Below the pieces are notes generated by a model. That model saw nothing but the letters and a program-made list of their open reading frames with translations, was not told the DNA's origin and did no database searches. A stretch of 64,000 bases of DNA from Synechococcus sp. UW140. Lineage in GTDB: Bacteria; Pseudomonadota; Gammaproteobacteria; Burkholderiales; Burkholderiaceae_C. Below are positions 46,504 through 58,232 of this stretch, piece after piece. How positions within the stretch are numbered: the first letter of the stretch is position 1; each line of letters starts with the position of its first letter. Position numbers and translations under genes: made by a program. The stretch covers positions 172,183-236,182 of the forward strand of contig CALRSS020000003.1 of assembly GCA_943370905.1 (NCBI GenBank), given 5' to 3'.

Positions 46504-47618
46504 GGACTCTCCTGCTGCCAGCCCGTTGCTGCCGGACTCGTGGATGTGACGGGAATAAGTACTTCCAGGCGGGTGCCCTCCCCGGGCGTGCTGCTGATGT
46601 GGGCATGGCCTCCCAGCAGGCGGGCCCGCTCGCGCACGCCCAGCAGGCCCAGCGACTGGTTTTTCCGGGGCTGACCCACCACAAAACCCTTGCCGTTGTC
46701 TTCAACCGACAAGGCAATTTCATCGGGCAGGCTGCGCAGGCTCACCATGACCTGGGTGGCCTCGGCATGTTTGGCCACGTTCGTGAGGGATTCCTGAATG
46801 ATCCGGAACACTGCCGTGGCATACGGCTCCTCGAGGTCAAGGCCCTCGGGCAGCGACAGACGGCAGGGGATGTCATGGCGTTGGGTGAAATTGCTGACCA
46901 GCCACTCCAGTGCGTCAGCCAGTCCCAGATCGTCCAGCACCAGCGGACGCAGGTCGGCGGCAATGCGGCGCGTGGAGGCCACCGCCTGGTCCAGCATGCT
47001 GAGCATCTCCAGCAGTTTGACTTGCACCCCGTCCGGCGTTTCTGTGGCGTGATCACGCACCCAGATCACGTCCATCTTCAGCGCGGCCAGCGACTGCGCC
47101 AGCTCGTCGTGCAGTTCGCGCGCGACCCGGGCTTTCTCCTCCTCGCGGATGGTCAGCGCGGCCACGGCAAACGCACTGCGGTCCCGCTGCGCCTTCACCC
47201 GCTCGGTCACATCGCGCAGGATCACGGTGTACAGCTTGTGCCCCGGTGTTTCCAGCTGGGAAATCGATGCTTCAAGCGGAAATTCAGTGCCGTCGGCCCG
47301 CAGTCCGTGCACCACGTTGCGGGCGCCCATCTGCCGCGATGTCACACCGGTTTGGCCGAAGCGATGCATGTGCGCACCGTGCCCATTGCGGAATCGGGTC
47401 GGTATCAGCTTTTCCAGCGGCTGCCCCAGCACGGAATCGCGTGGCCACGCAAAAATCCGCTCGGCAGCGCGGTTGTAGAGAACGATATGGTGCGACTCAT
47501 CGACCGTGATGATGGCATCCATCGCAGAGTCGAGCAAACCAGCGAGGAGCGCTGCAGCCTGGCCGGGGTCGCTACCCGGCGCCGTAAAACCAGAGCTGTT
47601 GTGAGGGAGGAACGTCAC
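46500..47618 (-). CDS. Cytoplasmic PAS (FixL-like) HisKA_3 sensor kinase
   Basis: PAS (DAIITVD...NRAAERIF...GLRADGTEFP), ARELHDELAQ, QESLTNVAKHA, EDNGKGF. Confidence 0.92.
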   Translation of the reverse strand: MTFLPHNSSGFTAPGSDPGQAAALLAGLLDSAMDAIITVDESHHIVLYNRAAERIFAWPRDSVLGQPLEKLIPTRFRNGHGAHMHRFGQTGVTSRQMGARNVVHGLRADGTEFPLEASISQLETPGHKLYTVILRDVTERVKAQRDRSAFAVAALTIREEEKARVARELHDELAQSLAALKMDVIWVRDHATETPDGVQVKLLEMLSMLDQAVASTRRIAADLRPLVLDDLGLADALEWLVSNFTQRHDIPCRLSLPEGLDLEEPYATAVFRIIQESLTNVAKHAEATQVMVSLRSLPDEIALSVEDNGKGFVVGQPRKNQSLGLLGVRERARLLGGHAHISSTPGEGTRLEVLIPVTSTSPAATGWQQESP

Positions 47619-47705
47619 GATTCAGTGTATCAGGCGGCCCTCTTTTTGCGTGATTTCGCCACTGCTACCGCCAGCATCCATCGTACGGTCGGCAGACGCC
47701 TGCCG

Positions 47706-47719
47706 TTGATTTGTGTCAA
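47706..47719. promoter_or_regulatory. FNR box
   Basis: TTGAT-TTGT-GTCAA, 9/10; lies in the divergent gap between the PAS kinase and the USP genes. Confidence 0.65.
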
Positions 47720-47779
47720 GAGGCTGATGGCGCTTCGGTCCTAAGCTCGAAACCTCATCACCCATCAGGAGAACAAACC

Positions 47780-48223
47780 ATGTACCAACGCATACTTGTG
47801 GCCACTGACGGCTCGGCCCTGTCACGCAAAGCCGTCCGCAGCGCCATCGAGCTGGCCGCTGCCGTCGGTGCAGACCTGGTGACTCTTTATGTCAGCCCGC
47901 GTTACCCCTTGAGTTATTTCGAAGGCGGCATGAACGTGTCGATGCAGGACATCGCGCGAACTGAAAAGCAGTGGGCTGACAAGGGGCAAGGCGTGGTGGA
48001 CGGCGTGGTCGACACCGCCAGGGCGTCGGGCGTCAAGGCCAAGGGCATCGTCACAAAGTCGGACCTGGTGGCGGAATCCATCATGGCAGCCGTCAAGAAA
48101 AACAAGTGCGATCTGGTGGTGATGGCATCCCACGGCCGCAAAGGCATCAAGCGCATTCTGCTGGGCAGTGAAACCCAGCATGTACTGACCCACAGCAACA
48201 CACCCGTGCTGGTGTTGCGCTGA
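47780..48223 (+). CDS. Universal stress protein
   Basis: MYQRILVATDGS, DLVVMASHGRKG, LLGSET; AGGAG RBS. Confidence 0.93.
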   Translation: MYQRILVATDGSALSRKAVRSAIELAAAVGADLVTLYVSPRYPLSYFEGGMNVSMQDIARTEKQWADKGQGVVDGVVDTARASGVKAKGIVTKSDLVAESIMAAVKKNKCDLVVMASHGRKGIKRILLGSETQHVLTHSNTPVLVLR

Positions 48224-48241
48224 GACGATCACCGGAGACAC

Positions 48242-48667
48242 ATGATGAGAATAGTTCTGGCTGCCGACGGCAGCAAATTCACCAAGAAGGCCCTCGCTTT
48301 CCTGATCACGCACGAAAGCCTTGCCGGCCCGAACGACGAGTTGTTTGTGCTGCATGTGCAGCCACCGGTTCTTCCGCGCGTCAAGACCATGTTGGGCGCC
48401 GCTACCGTGCGCGCGTACCAGAAGGATGAAGCCGAGAAAGTCCTCAAGCCCATCCGGAAGTTCCTGGCGCATCACGCGGTTCCGCACGACACGTCGTGGG
48501 TGGTTGGTTTACCCGTGAGCGAAATCATCGACATGGCCAAACGCAAAAAAGCGCATCTGATCGTGATGGGAACCCACGGCCATGGCCTGCTCGGCAGGGC
48601 CTTGCTGGGCAGCGTGGCCCAGCGTGTGGTGACGGAAAGCGACATTCCTGTCCTGCTGGTGAAGTAG
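48242..48667 (+). CDS. Universal stress protein
   Basis: IVLAADGS, LIVMGTHGHG, LLGSVAQRV. Confidence 0.93.
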   Translation: MMRIVLAADGSKFTKKALAFLITHESLAGPNDELFVLHVQPPVLPRVKTMLGAATVRAYQKDEAEKVLKPIRKFLAHHAVPHDTSWVVGLPVSEIIDMAKRKKAHLIVMGTHGHGLLGRALLGSVAQRVVTESDIPVLLVK

Positions 48668-48780
48668 CCGGCCGAGGCCTGGCCGCACTCGCCGCAGACC
48701 GCGGGGCTTTGCAGTGCGCTGCTGTAGGACGACGGAGCTTTTGTCCGCAACAGCCTCGCAGCGGTGGCAAACTGGTGGAT

Positions 48781-49710
48781 ATGACGACATGCTGGACATT
48801 GCTGCGCTTTTCACGCCCGGATTTCTTTCGCACCGGCACCGCACTGGTGTGTGGATTTCTGCTCGCCGCGGCTGCCGGCGCACAGTCGTCATCGCCATCT
48901 GCGGCGGCTGACGATGGCCGCGCAGCGGCGCTGGTTGAAAAATACACTGCCTTGCATGGCAAGCTCGCCAGCAGCCCCTATGGCCGGCCACTCACCCTGG
49001 AGTCCTCGCAATCCGCCAGCACGGTGAGCGGTGACGTGTACGCGCTGCTCGACGCGCCCTTCGCTACGGTGAGCAGCACGCTCAGGAGCCCCCGGACCTG
49101 GTGCGACATCATGATTCTTCACATCAACACCAAGCAGTGCCGGGCCAGCGGTGACAACAGCCCGAGTGTGCTGCGACTGCACATCGGCAAGAAGGACGAG
49201 CAGCACATCGCCGACACCTTTGCGCTGGAGCTGGCCTACGAACTGGTGGCCAGCAGCCCGGGCTACCTAGGCGCGCACCTCCATGCCGAAAAAGGACCAC
49301 TGGGCACCAGCAACTACGTGATCGACCTGCAGGCGACAGCCTTGCCAGGCGGCAAGACCTTCCTGCACCTGCGTTATGCCTCCAGCTATGGGGTGGCCAG
49401 CAAGCTGGCGATGCAGGCCTATCTGGCGACGCTGGGCAGCGCCAAGGTGGGTTTCTCGCAGGTGCAGCAAGGCGACAAGACGGCGCTGGTGGGTGGTTTG
49501 CGGGGTACGGCCGAACGCAACACCATGCGCTACTACCTGGCCATCGAGGCCTATCTGGCGGCATTGAACCGGCCGGCCTCCCAGCAATTGGATACACGCC
49601 TGCAATACTGGTTCGACGCCACCGAATCCTATTCGCGCCAGCTGCACGAGATGGATCGGGAGAGCTATCTGACGATGAAGCGCAAGGAATACCAGCGGCA
49701 GTCGTCCTGA
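48781..49710 (+). CDS. Secreted hypothetical protein
   Basis: Signal-like AAAAGA followed by a globular domain; start uncertain; no function recognised. Confidence 0.7.
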   Translation: MTTCWTLLRFSRPDFFRTGTALVCGFLLAAAAGAQSSSPSAAADDGRAAALVEKYTALHGKLASSPYGRPLTLESSQSASTVSGDVYALLDAPFATVSSTLRSPRTWCDIMILHINTKQCRASGDNSPSVLRLHIGKKDEQHIADTFALELAYELVASSPGYLGAHLHAEKGPLGTSNYVIDLQATALPGGKTFLHLRYASSYGVASKLAMQAYLATLGSAKVGFSQVQQGDKTALVGGLRGTAERNTMRYYLAIEAYLAALNRPASQQLDTRLQYWFDATESYSRQLHEMDRESYLTMKRKEYQRQSS

Positions 49711-49785
49711 CCTGTAACTTGGGTGGGATCTGGCCTGATCACCGGGCGGAAGCCGGAGCCTCTGCGCAATCAGTTGTCCGGTTGT

Positions 49786-50202
49786 TCAGTGTGGTTTGCT
49801 GGGAACGATGGACAGATGACTGCGTCCCATCAGTTCGCTCTGTGACACGCAGTAAGCCAGCAGGTCATCAATTTCGGTGGATTTGTCGAACACCGCATCG
49901 ACACCCAGTTCAGCGCAGCGCCGCCGCATTTCGCGGGTGGCATAGTTGCTGAACACCACCATCTTCTGGCACGTGAGCCGGTGCCTGCAGGCTTCCAGCA
50001 CACGCAAACCGCTGCCGCTTTGCAAGAACAGATCAACGATGGCGAGATCCCACCGGTTGTCGGTGCGGGTGAGCCATGCTGTCCCGCCTTCTTCTGTCGC
50101 GGAAGTGCCGACGGCCTCGATCGGCGCCAACTCCTCGAGCGTGCTGATGAGGTTGTCCCGGATGGTCGGGCTGTCTTCGACGAGGTAGGTTTTCATTTTC
50201 AT
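49786..50202 (-). CDS. Single-domain response regulator
   Basis: YLVEDS, IVDLFLQSGSG, VFDKS. Confidence 0.87.
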   Translation of the reverse strand: MKMKTYLVEDSPTIRDNLISTLEELAPIEAVGTSATEEGGTAWLTRTDNRWDLAIVDLFLQSGSGLRVLEACRHRLTCQKMVVFSNYATREMRRRCAELGVDAVFDKSTEIDDLLAYCVSQSELMGRSHLSIVPSKPH

Positions 50203-50382
50203 CGGTGGCCTGTCACTTGGGCTGGATGAATGTCTATCTGTAGCATCCTCGTAATTTACGTGATCCGGCATTCATGCACCACGGGCTGTAGCGGCGAACG
50301 GTTGTAGGAGAAAGCGCCACAACCCGGCACAAGCTGCGCGGCTTCGGCGTGGCGGATGGCCTTGGCGGGCTTCGCCGGGTGC

Positions 50383-51351
50383 CTAGAACGACCTGGGCGA
50401 GGCCGCTCGGGTGACCGGCGGGGTCGTGATGCTGCCGCCCGATCGCTTGAACGCAACCGTTGGCACGGTGAAATCCTCAAACGGTGCGCCCAGCGCAATT
50501 TCGCCGTCAAGCAGCAACACGCACTCCTGCCGGCGCAAGGCGATCACATCGGCCGTGCCGGCGAACTTCACCCAGGTTCCGTAACTGCTGACATCCTCGA
50601 GATAGAACTGTCCGGCCCGCCAATCCAGCTTGGCATGGCGGCGTGAGACGCGTGGATCCTGGATGACGAACTGGCCCAGTTCGTCCCGGCCAATGAAGAT
50701 GGGCAGCTCGGTGGCAAGGAAGTCGGTCTGGACGTTCAGCCATGCCAGCGAAATGGATTCGGGGGCAGTGTCTGGTTTTGCGCGGACTGCGGCCAGCATC
50801 GACAGGCTGGCAGGTACGGTGAAGGTCTCGGATTGAACGTCTGCCTGCCATTCAATCTGGTGCACCACGCTGGGTTCCTGTCGGCCACGAATGTTCATGG
50901 GACCCAGCCGGCGAAACCGCACCAGGCTGTCAGATGGAATGCTCTTCACCACCACGTCGGTGGCCAGAATCTGCTCGGGCCCGCAGAGGTCGCTGAGGCG
51001 GGAAGCGACATTGACGGCATCGCCAAAACAGTCGCCGCCCTGCTCCACCACGTCGCCACGGGCCATGCCGACCTGAAGCCGCATCTTCAATGCCTCGGGC
51101 CAGGTGGCAATGCGGTCGCGGTGAACGCGTTGCAGCTCGCAAGCGGCTTCGATGGCATTCAGGTTATCTGCAAAAACGATCAGGACGCCATCGCCGAGGT
51201 ACTTGATGACCTGGCCACCAGATGCGGTGCACACCTGACCGATCCACTGCGTCAGGCGCGTGATGGCCTGGGTTGCCCTGGCGTTGCCCAGAGATTCAAA
51301 GACGCCCGTACTGCCGGTGAGGTCAGCGAAAACAACAGTAACTTCGGCCAT
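50383..51351 (-). CDS. Class III adenylate cyclase domain fused to FHA domain
   Basis: FADLTGST, KYLGDG, GDAVNVASRL; FHA motifs GR...VSRRHA...DVSSYGTW. Confidence 0.9.
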   Translation of the reverse strand: MAEVTVVFADLTGSTGVFESLGNARATQAITRLTQWIGQVCTASGGQVIKYLGDGVLIVFADNLNAIEAACELQRVHRDRIATWPEALKMRLQVGMARGDVVEQGGDCFGDAVNVASRLSDLCGPEQILATDVVVKSIPSDSLVRFRRLGPMNIRGRQEPSVVHQIEWQADVQSETFTVPASLSMLAAVRAKPDTAPESISLAWLNVQTDFLATELPIFIGRDELGQFVIQDPRVSRRHAKLDWRAGQFYLEDVSSYGTWVKFAGTADVIALRRQECVLLLDGEIALGAPFEDFTVPTVAFKRSGGSITTPPVTRAASPRSF

Positions 51352-51484
51352 TGGAATTGACGGATTGACGCGGGGGTGAGGTGAATTGAGCGAAGTAAGA
51401 AGCCGATGGCCTGGATTTAATTACAACACAAGGGCCGCACCACGGCGTGAAGACCAGCGACTGACAGAACACTTTTTCTGGCGT

Positions 51485-52948
51485 TCAACTCGCACTCGGC
51501 TTGAGCTGCATGGATTTGAACTCCAGAAACTCCTCAAAACCGTACACCCCGTTTTCACGCCCGTTGCCCGACTGCTTGTAGCCGCCAAAAGGCGCCTGCG
51601 CGTTGAAAGGCCCGCCGTTGATGTCCACCTGACCGGTGCGCAGGCGACGCGCCACCTGCATGGCGCGCTCGTCGGTCGCCGCCCACACCGCGCCGCCCAA
51701 CCCGTAAACGGTGCTGTTGGCAATGGCCACCGCCTCGTCCTCGTCGGCATAGGCAATGACGACCAGCACGGGCCCGAAAATCTCCTCCTGCGCCAGGGTG
51801 TCGGTCGGCCGTATGCCGAGGATGGTGGGCTGGACAAAGTAGCCAGTGTCGAGGGTAGGCGCGATATCGCCGCCGGAGATCACGTCGGCACCCTCCGCAA
51901 TGCCGGTGCGGATGAATCCCATCACGCGGTCGCGCTGGGTGGCGCTGACTAGCGGGCCCAGTCTGCTGGCTTCGTCCAGGCTGGGGCCTACGGTGAATTT
52001 GGACACTGTCGCCTGAGCCAGGGCACGAACTTCCTGGTAACGGCCGGCGGGCACCAGCATGCGGGTGTGCGCCGAGCAGGTCTGGCCGCTGTTGAGCATG
52101 CAGGCCGATACCGTGCCTTTCACAGCCGCCTCCAGGTTGGCATCGTCCAGAATCACGCTGGCCGATTTGCCGCCGAGTTCCAGGGCCACCCGCTTGACGG
52201 TCTGGCTGGCGAGTTCGGCCACGCGTTTGCCGGCCCGCGTGGACCCGGTGAAGCTCACCATGTCCACATCTTGATGTGTGGCCAGCACCTCGCCCACCAC
52301 CGGTCCCAGTCCGTTGACCAGGTTGAACACACCGGGGGGCAAGCCGGCCTCGTGAATGATCTCGGCAAGGATCATGGCGTTCACCGGCGCGATCTCGCTC
52401 GGTTTGAGCACCACGGTGCAACCGGCCGCCATCGCCGGCGCGATCTTCAGGGTGATCTGGCTCAGCGGGAAGTTCCAGGGCGTGATGCAGCCCACCACGC
52501 CAATGGCTTCCCGCACGACGAGCGAGTTGCCCACCTTTTTCTGCCATTCGAAATTGCGTGCCACCTTGGCAAAGTTTCCCCAGTGCCAGGCGGGGCCGCC
52601 AACCTGGACGGTGCGTGCCATCTTCAGGGGCATGCCGACCTCACGCGCAATGGCGACGGCCAGGTCTTCGGTGCGGGCCTTGATGCCGGCAGCGATCTTG
52701 TCGAGGTAAGCGGCGCGCGTTTCGACCGGTAAATTGGACCAGCTCTCGAAGGCGGCGCGGGCGGCCATGACGGCGGCTGCAGCTTCTTCGGCCGTCCCTG
52801 AGGGAACGGTCGCCATCAGTGCTTCGGTGCTGGAGTCGTGCACCGGCAGGGTATCGGCCGAGTGAGCCTGAACCCATTGCCCACCGATGTAATGGGCTGG
52901 ATACGCAGTGGTGGAAGCGCTGGGGGACGCGAGGGGAGGAGTCGACAT
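51485..52948 (-). CDS. NAD(P)-dependent aldehyde dehydrogenase
   Basis: ITPWNFP, FTGST, LELGGKS, GQTCSA, EEIFGPV. Confidence 0.95.
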   Translation of the reverse strand: MSTPPLASPSASTTAYPAHYIGGQWVQAHSADTLPVHDSSTEALMATVPSGTAEEAAAAVMAARAAFESWSNLPVETRAAYLDKIAAGIKARTEDLAVAIAREVGMPLKMARTVQVGGPAWHWGNFAKVARNFEWQKKVGNSLVVREAIGVVGCITPWNFPLSQITLKIAPAMAAGCTVVLKPSEIAPVNAMILAEIIHEAGLPPGVFNLVNGLGPVVGEVLATHQDVDMVSFTGSTRAGKRVAELASQTVKRVALELGGKSASVILDDANLEAAVKGTVSACMLNSGQTCSAHTRMLVPAGRYQEVRALAQATVSKFTVGPSLDEASRLGPLVSATQRDRVMGFIRTGIAEGADVISGGDIAPTLDTGYFVQPTILGIRPTDTLAQEEIFGPVLVVIAYADEDEAVAIANSTVYGLGGAVWAATDERAMQVARRLRTGQVDINGGPFNAQAPFGGYKQSGNGRENGVYGFEEFLEFKSMQLKPSAS

Positions 52949-53231
52949 GGTGGTGTTCAAGCTGGGGATGGGCAAAACGATGAATTCAATGAATTCGACG
53001 AATTCTTTGGGTTGACTGTGTGAATATCTACGTAATTACAAAGACCTAGATGCTGCAGCCTTCAAGAAACAACTTCACATCTGGTTACTAACTTGTTGAT
53101 TTATTTGTTGTTTTGCGTTAACCAAGTAACGTTAATCAGATTGCCAAGCCGACCGACTGGTCTTAATCTAACAGAAGAATTTGTGACCACAGGTGACACT
53201 TTTCCCTTGGTGGATAGTTCGACAGAAAGTT

Positions 53232-53594
53232 ATGAGTCGTATGCACTGGTTGAAGACCAATCTCAAAAGCAGCTTCATGGCTATTCTCGGCACAGCCGAG
53301 GGTCACGCGGCAGCACTGGATGACCGCCTGGAAGAAATTCGGGAACTGATGGTCGACGAACTGGGCGACTTCGGTGAGCGACATTTCCCGAAAATTGTCC
53401 GCCGTGTCCGCTACGCTTCTGATGCGCAGGGCCTCTGGTATGCACGGGGCGACGTCATGGCGGTGCTTGCAACCGTTCACGGTGAAACGCTGGCGCGCCA
53501 GAAAATGCAGGGTATCAGCGACAAGTTCAGCGGCATCCTGCCGCGCGGGCTTGCATCGCGTCCGAGCCCGCTGACTTCCAGCCGCGTGGTCTGA
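53232..53594 (+). CDS. Hypothetical protein
   Basis: Coherent ORF after an AT-rich promoter region (LEEIRELM...GLWYARGDVM); no function recognised. Confidence 0.7.
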   Translation: MSRMHWLKTNLKSSFMAILGTAEGHAAALDDRLEEIRELMVDELGDFGERHFPKIVRRVRYASDAQGLWYARGDVMAVLATVHGETLARQKMQGISDKFSGILPRGLASRPSPLTSSRVV

Positions 53595-53684
53595 ACCTCC
53601 CCGCCTCACCTCCCCGCCCTCCCTTACTGCACCTTTTTTTTCTTCCGGACCGGGCGCCTTCGCTTGGGCGCTCCGGGTCACCGG

Positions 53685-54638
53685 TCAGTGGTCGTGGCCC
53701 CACAGCAAAAAGGCGTCCCGGTCCTCGACCGCCAGTGTGACCTTCGCGCCGACAGGCAGCAGCACCTTGGTGGGCACGTGCCCAAAGGGCAAGCCAGTGA
53801 GCACGCGAGCCTTGATCTGGCTCCTGAGCCAGGTCACGACGGCGTCGAGCTTGAAGCCGCGATCGTGCGGGAACAACTTGTACTGCGTGAACTGCCCAAA
53901 CACCACGGCCTTCTGCTGCGCCAGGATACCGGCGTGCAGCAACTGGGTGAGCATGCGTTCCACCCGGTACGGGTGCTCGCTGATGTCTTCAATGAACAGG
54001 ATGCCGCCCTTGACCTGCGGCATGTAAGGTGTTCCCACCAGCGATGCGAGCATGGCCAGATTACCGCCCCACAAGGTGGCCTTGTTGATCTGAAAATTCG
54101 CGCGAACGGACGCATCGCCTGATGTCGATGGCGTGGCGTTTTTGGGTAAGCGCCAGCCACTGCCCTCCCCCTGCCCGCTCAGCAGGTCTTCGAAGCAGGC
54201 CTGCATGATGTCGTCGGGGTCGTCCTCACCCCCAAAATCCTCGCCCAGCGCCGGACCGGCCCAGGTCACGCTGCCCGTGGTGGCAAGAAGGGCCATCTGC
54301 AAGGCCGTGAAATCGCTCAGTCCGACGAAGTGCGTGCCCTGTTCAATGGCACGCGCAAGGGCCTTGTAGCGGATCTGGGGCAGCAGGCGCGACAGGCCGT
54401 AGCCCCCGCGCGAGATCAATGCCACATCGGCGCCGCTGGCCGCTGCACGGTGAATCGCCGCAAGCCGCGTGCTGTCATCGCCGGCAAAACGCTGGTGGCT
54501 GGCCAGTGCCGCCTCGTCAACCTCGACCTCATGCCCCAGCGCCTCAAGCCGCTTGACGGCTCTTTTGAATTTCGCCTTGTCGCGAACAGCGCTCGACGGC
54601 GAGTAAATGTAGATGTGTCGTGTCACGGAAGATGGCAT
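53685..54638 (-). CDS. ldcA: LD-carboxypeptidase (peptidase S66)
   Basis: RGGYG, GLSDFT (Ser), LWGGNL, FIED (Glu), FGH (His). Confidence 0.9.
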   Translation of the reverse strand: MPSSVTRHIYIYSPSSAVRDKAKFKRAVKRLEALGHEVEVDEAALASHQRFAGDDSTRLAAIHRAAASGADVALISRGGYGLSRLLPQIRYKALARAIEQGTHFVGLSDFTALQMALLATTGSVTWAGPALGEDFGGEDDPDDIMQACFEDLLSGQGEGSGWRLPKNATPSTSGDASVRANFQINKATLWGGNLAMLASLVGTPYMPQVKGGILFIEDISEHPYRVERMLTQLLHAGILAQQKAVVFGQFTQYKLFPHDRGFKLDAVVTWLRSQIKARVLTGLPFGHVPTKVLLPVGAKVTLAVEDRDAFLLWGHDH

Positions 54639-54732
54639 GGCAGGAGAGACAGGTTGACGGTTGCAAACGGGCGCCGCTGCCTGCGTGCAGCGCATCCCCT
54701 TGAGCGCATGCAGGCGGACGGCCTGGCGGGGT

Positions 54733-55695
54733 TCAGGAAAACACGGTGCGGTTGGCCACGTCGTCGAGGTCCGCGAACACCTTGTCGATATCCACTGGCT
54801 TGGTCCAGTAGCCATCAAAGCCGGCGTCCCGGGCGGCCTGAACGTTCTCGGGCTGGCTGTCGCCGGAGCACATGAAGACGGGGGTGGACTGGAGGCCGTC
54901 GACCTGCCGCATCCTCTTGAGCAGCTCGATGCCGTGGGTGTCCGGCAGGTGGGCATCAAGCACCAGCACATGCGGAAGCCAGCTCTGGGCAATCTCGAAT
55001 CCCTTGGCGCCATCTTGCGCGATGCGCAACTCGACGTCGTCCCGCGTCTGCATGACTTCGTCGAACAGCATCAGGTTGAACATGTTGTCTTCCACGTAGA
55101 GCACCCGCATCTTCTGCCTGGGTCCGGATGGCAGCTTTTCAGCAGGACTCACCTGCGCGGCTGCAGCCACCGGCGGCACCGGGCTGGATGGCGACGCCTC
55201 CGTTGCCCAGTGCAGGTCAGACGACAGGGCCGACATGGCGCGGAAGCGCTCTGCCGTCTCCAGCAAGGCACTTTCCACACGCTTGCGTTCAGTGATGTCC
55301 AGTGCCAGCAACACCTGCGCCGTCACGCGACCGCGTGCGTCGCGTTCGGCGTAACGGCGGGCGTGCAGTTGGATGCCCCGGCCATCCGGGCGAATCAGGT
55401 GGCAGTCGAGCTCGCTCGAACCACGCGACTCGCCGGCCTGCTCGCCAGCTTCGCGGAACCGCGTACGGTCTGCCGCATCAATGAGCGCCTCCAGCTGTGC
55501 CAGCGTGACGGCGGGGGCGTCCCGGCTCAGGCCCAGCATGTCGTAAGCACGACTGTTGAGCGTCAACTGACCCGATGGCCCGATGACCACCTGAGCCACT
55601 CCCGTCAGCTCCATCAGTTGCTGCTGCATGGCCAGATGGGCCGGGGTCAACCGCAGTTCGGGTTCGGCCTGGAAGTCAGGAAGGATGTCGGTCAT
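54733..55695 (-). CDS. PAS + receiver protein lacking a kinase core
   Basis: PAS ending LDITERKR, linker, then REC VLYVEDN, LDAHLPD, YWTKP; no H-box or HATPase seen. Confidence 0.8.
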   Translation of the reverse strand: MTDILPDFQAEPELRLTPAHLAMQQQLMELTGVAQVVIGPSGQLTLNSRAYDMLGLSRDAPAVTLAQLEALIDAADRTRFREAGEQAGESRGSSELDCHLIRPDGRGIQLHARRYAERDARGRVTAQVLLALDITERKRVESALLETAERFRAMSALSSDLHWATEASPSSPVPPVAAAAQVSPAEKLPSGPRQKMRVLYVEDNMFNLMLFDEVMQTRDDVELRIAQDGAKGFEIAQSWLPHVLVLDAHLPDTHGIELLKRMRQVDGLQSTPVFMCSGDSQPENVQAARDAGFDGYWTKPVDIDKVFADLDDVANRTVFS

Positions 55696-55960
55696 GAGAT
55701 GAGCCCTTGAAAGTCAACAATGCGCGCTGCCTGCCGATGGTGGTGAGCGGTTTGAAAAAGGCCCCTGAACACGCCGCGTGCGTTCGCCTTCTCAGTGCGG
55801 CAGTCGGGCGTGTCCTGAATGCCCTTTTTTAACACACTTCATGCGTATTGCAGCGCCGCTCGCCCGCACATTTCAAGCCCCGGCGACCCATGAACGCCAT
55901 CTGTTGCGGCAAGGCCTTGCCTGGTCAGCGGTTTGTGCGTGTCGTTGTATAAACCCAGCC

Positions 55961-56581
55961 ATGCTGCTTTATCTGATGGATCTTCTGGGCGTGGCCGTTT
56001 TTTCGGTCAGTGGAGCCCTTGCTGCCGGGCGACTCGAACTGGACCTGCTGGGCGTTCTGGTGCTGGCGTCCCTGACGGCCATCGGCGGCGGTACCCTGCG
56101 GGACGTGTTGATGAATCGGCACCCGATCTTCTGGATGGAAAAGCCGACCTACCTGCTGGTGATCTGCCTGGCTGCTCTAGGAACAGTGCTGTACGTACAG
56201 CTCCAGGTGTTGCCGATTCCGTCGCAGGCCCTGCTGGTGGCCGATGCCATCGGGCTGGCACTGTTCGCGCTGTCAGGGGCCCAGCTGGCAGAAAAGGCGA
56301 AGCTGTCGTCACTCATTGTGGTGCTGATGGGCACCATGACGGGCGTGGCCGGCGGCGTGATGCGCGACGTGTGCAGCAGTCAGGTGCCGCTGCTGCTCAA
56401 GCAGGACATTTACGCCACCGCAGCCATCGCGGGCATCGTGCTCTACCTGCTGCTCAAGCGGATGGGTGTGCCCGAGTCGCGAGCCTTCTGGATCGGCCTG
56501 GTGGTGGTGGCTGGCCTGCGCCTGAGCGCGATTTTCCTGGGCTGGCAGCTGCCGGTGTTCCGCGTGGCGGCCACGGCCTGA
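55961..56581 (+). CDS. UPF0126/YadS (TRIC-like) membrane protein
   Basis: Duplicated GGGTLRD / GGVMRD motifs; about 7 TM segments. Confidence 0.9.
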   Translation: MLLYLMDLLGVAVFSVSGALAAGRLELDLLGVLVLASLTAIGGGTLRDVLMNRHPIFWMEKPTYLLVICLAALGTVLYVQLQVLPIPSQALLVADAIGLALFALSGAQLAEKAKLSSLIVVLMGTMTGVAGGVMRDVCSSQVPLLLKQDIYATAAIAGIVLYLLLKRMGVPESRAFWIGLVVVAGLRLSAIFLGWQLPVFRVAATA

Positions 56582-56588
56582 CGGCGCT

Positions 56589-58232
<1,644 letters not shown>

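Noticed and set aside
53634-53676. Hairpin with T-run after ldcA
   Set aside because: The T-run is on the wrong side of the stem for either flanking gene, so it is not called a terminator.
55826-55850. Second dif-like half site (minus-strand GTGTGTTAAAA) that might bound a Xer-integrated island
   Set aside because: Only 8/11 to the XerD arm, with no matching spacer or XerC arm.
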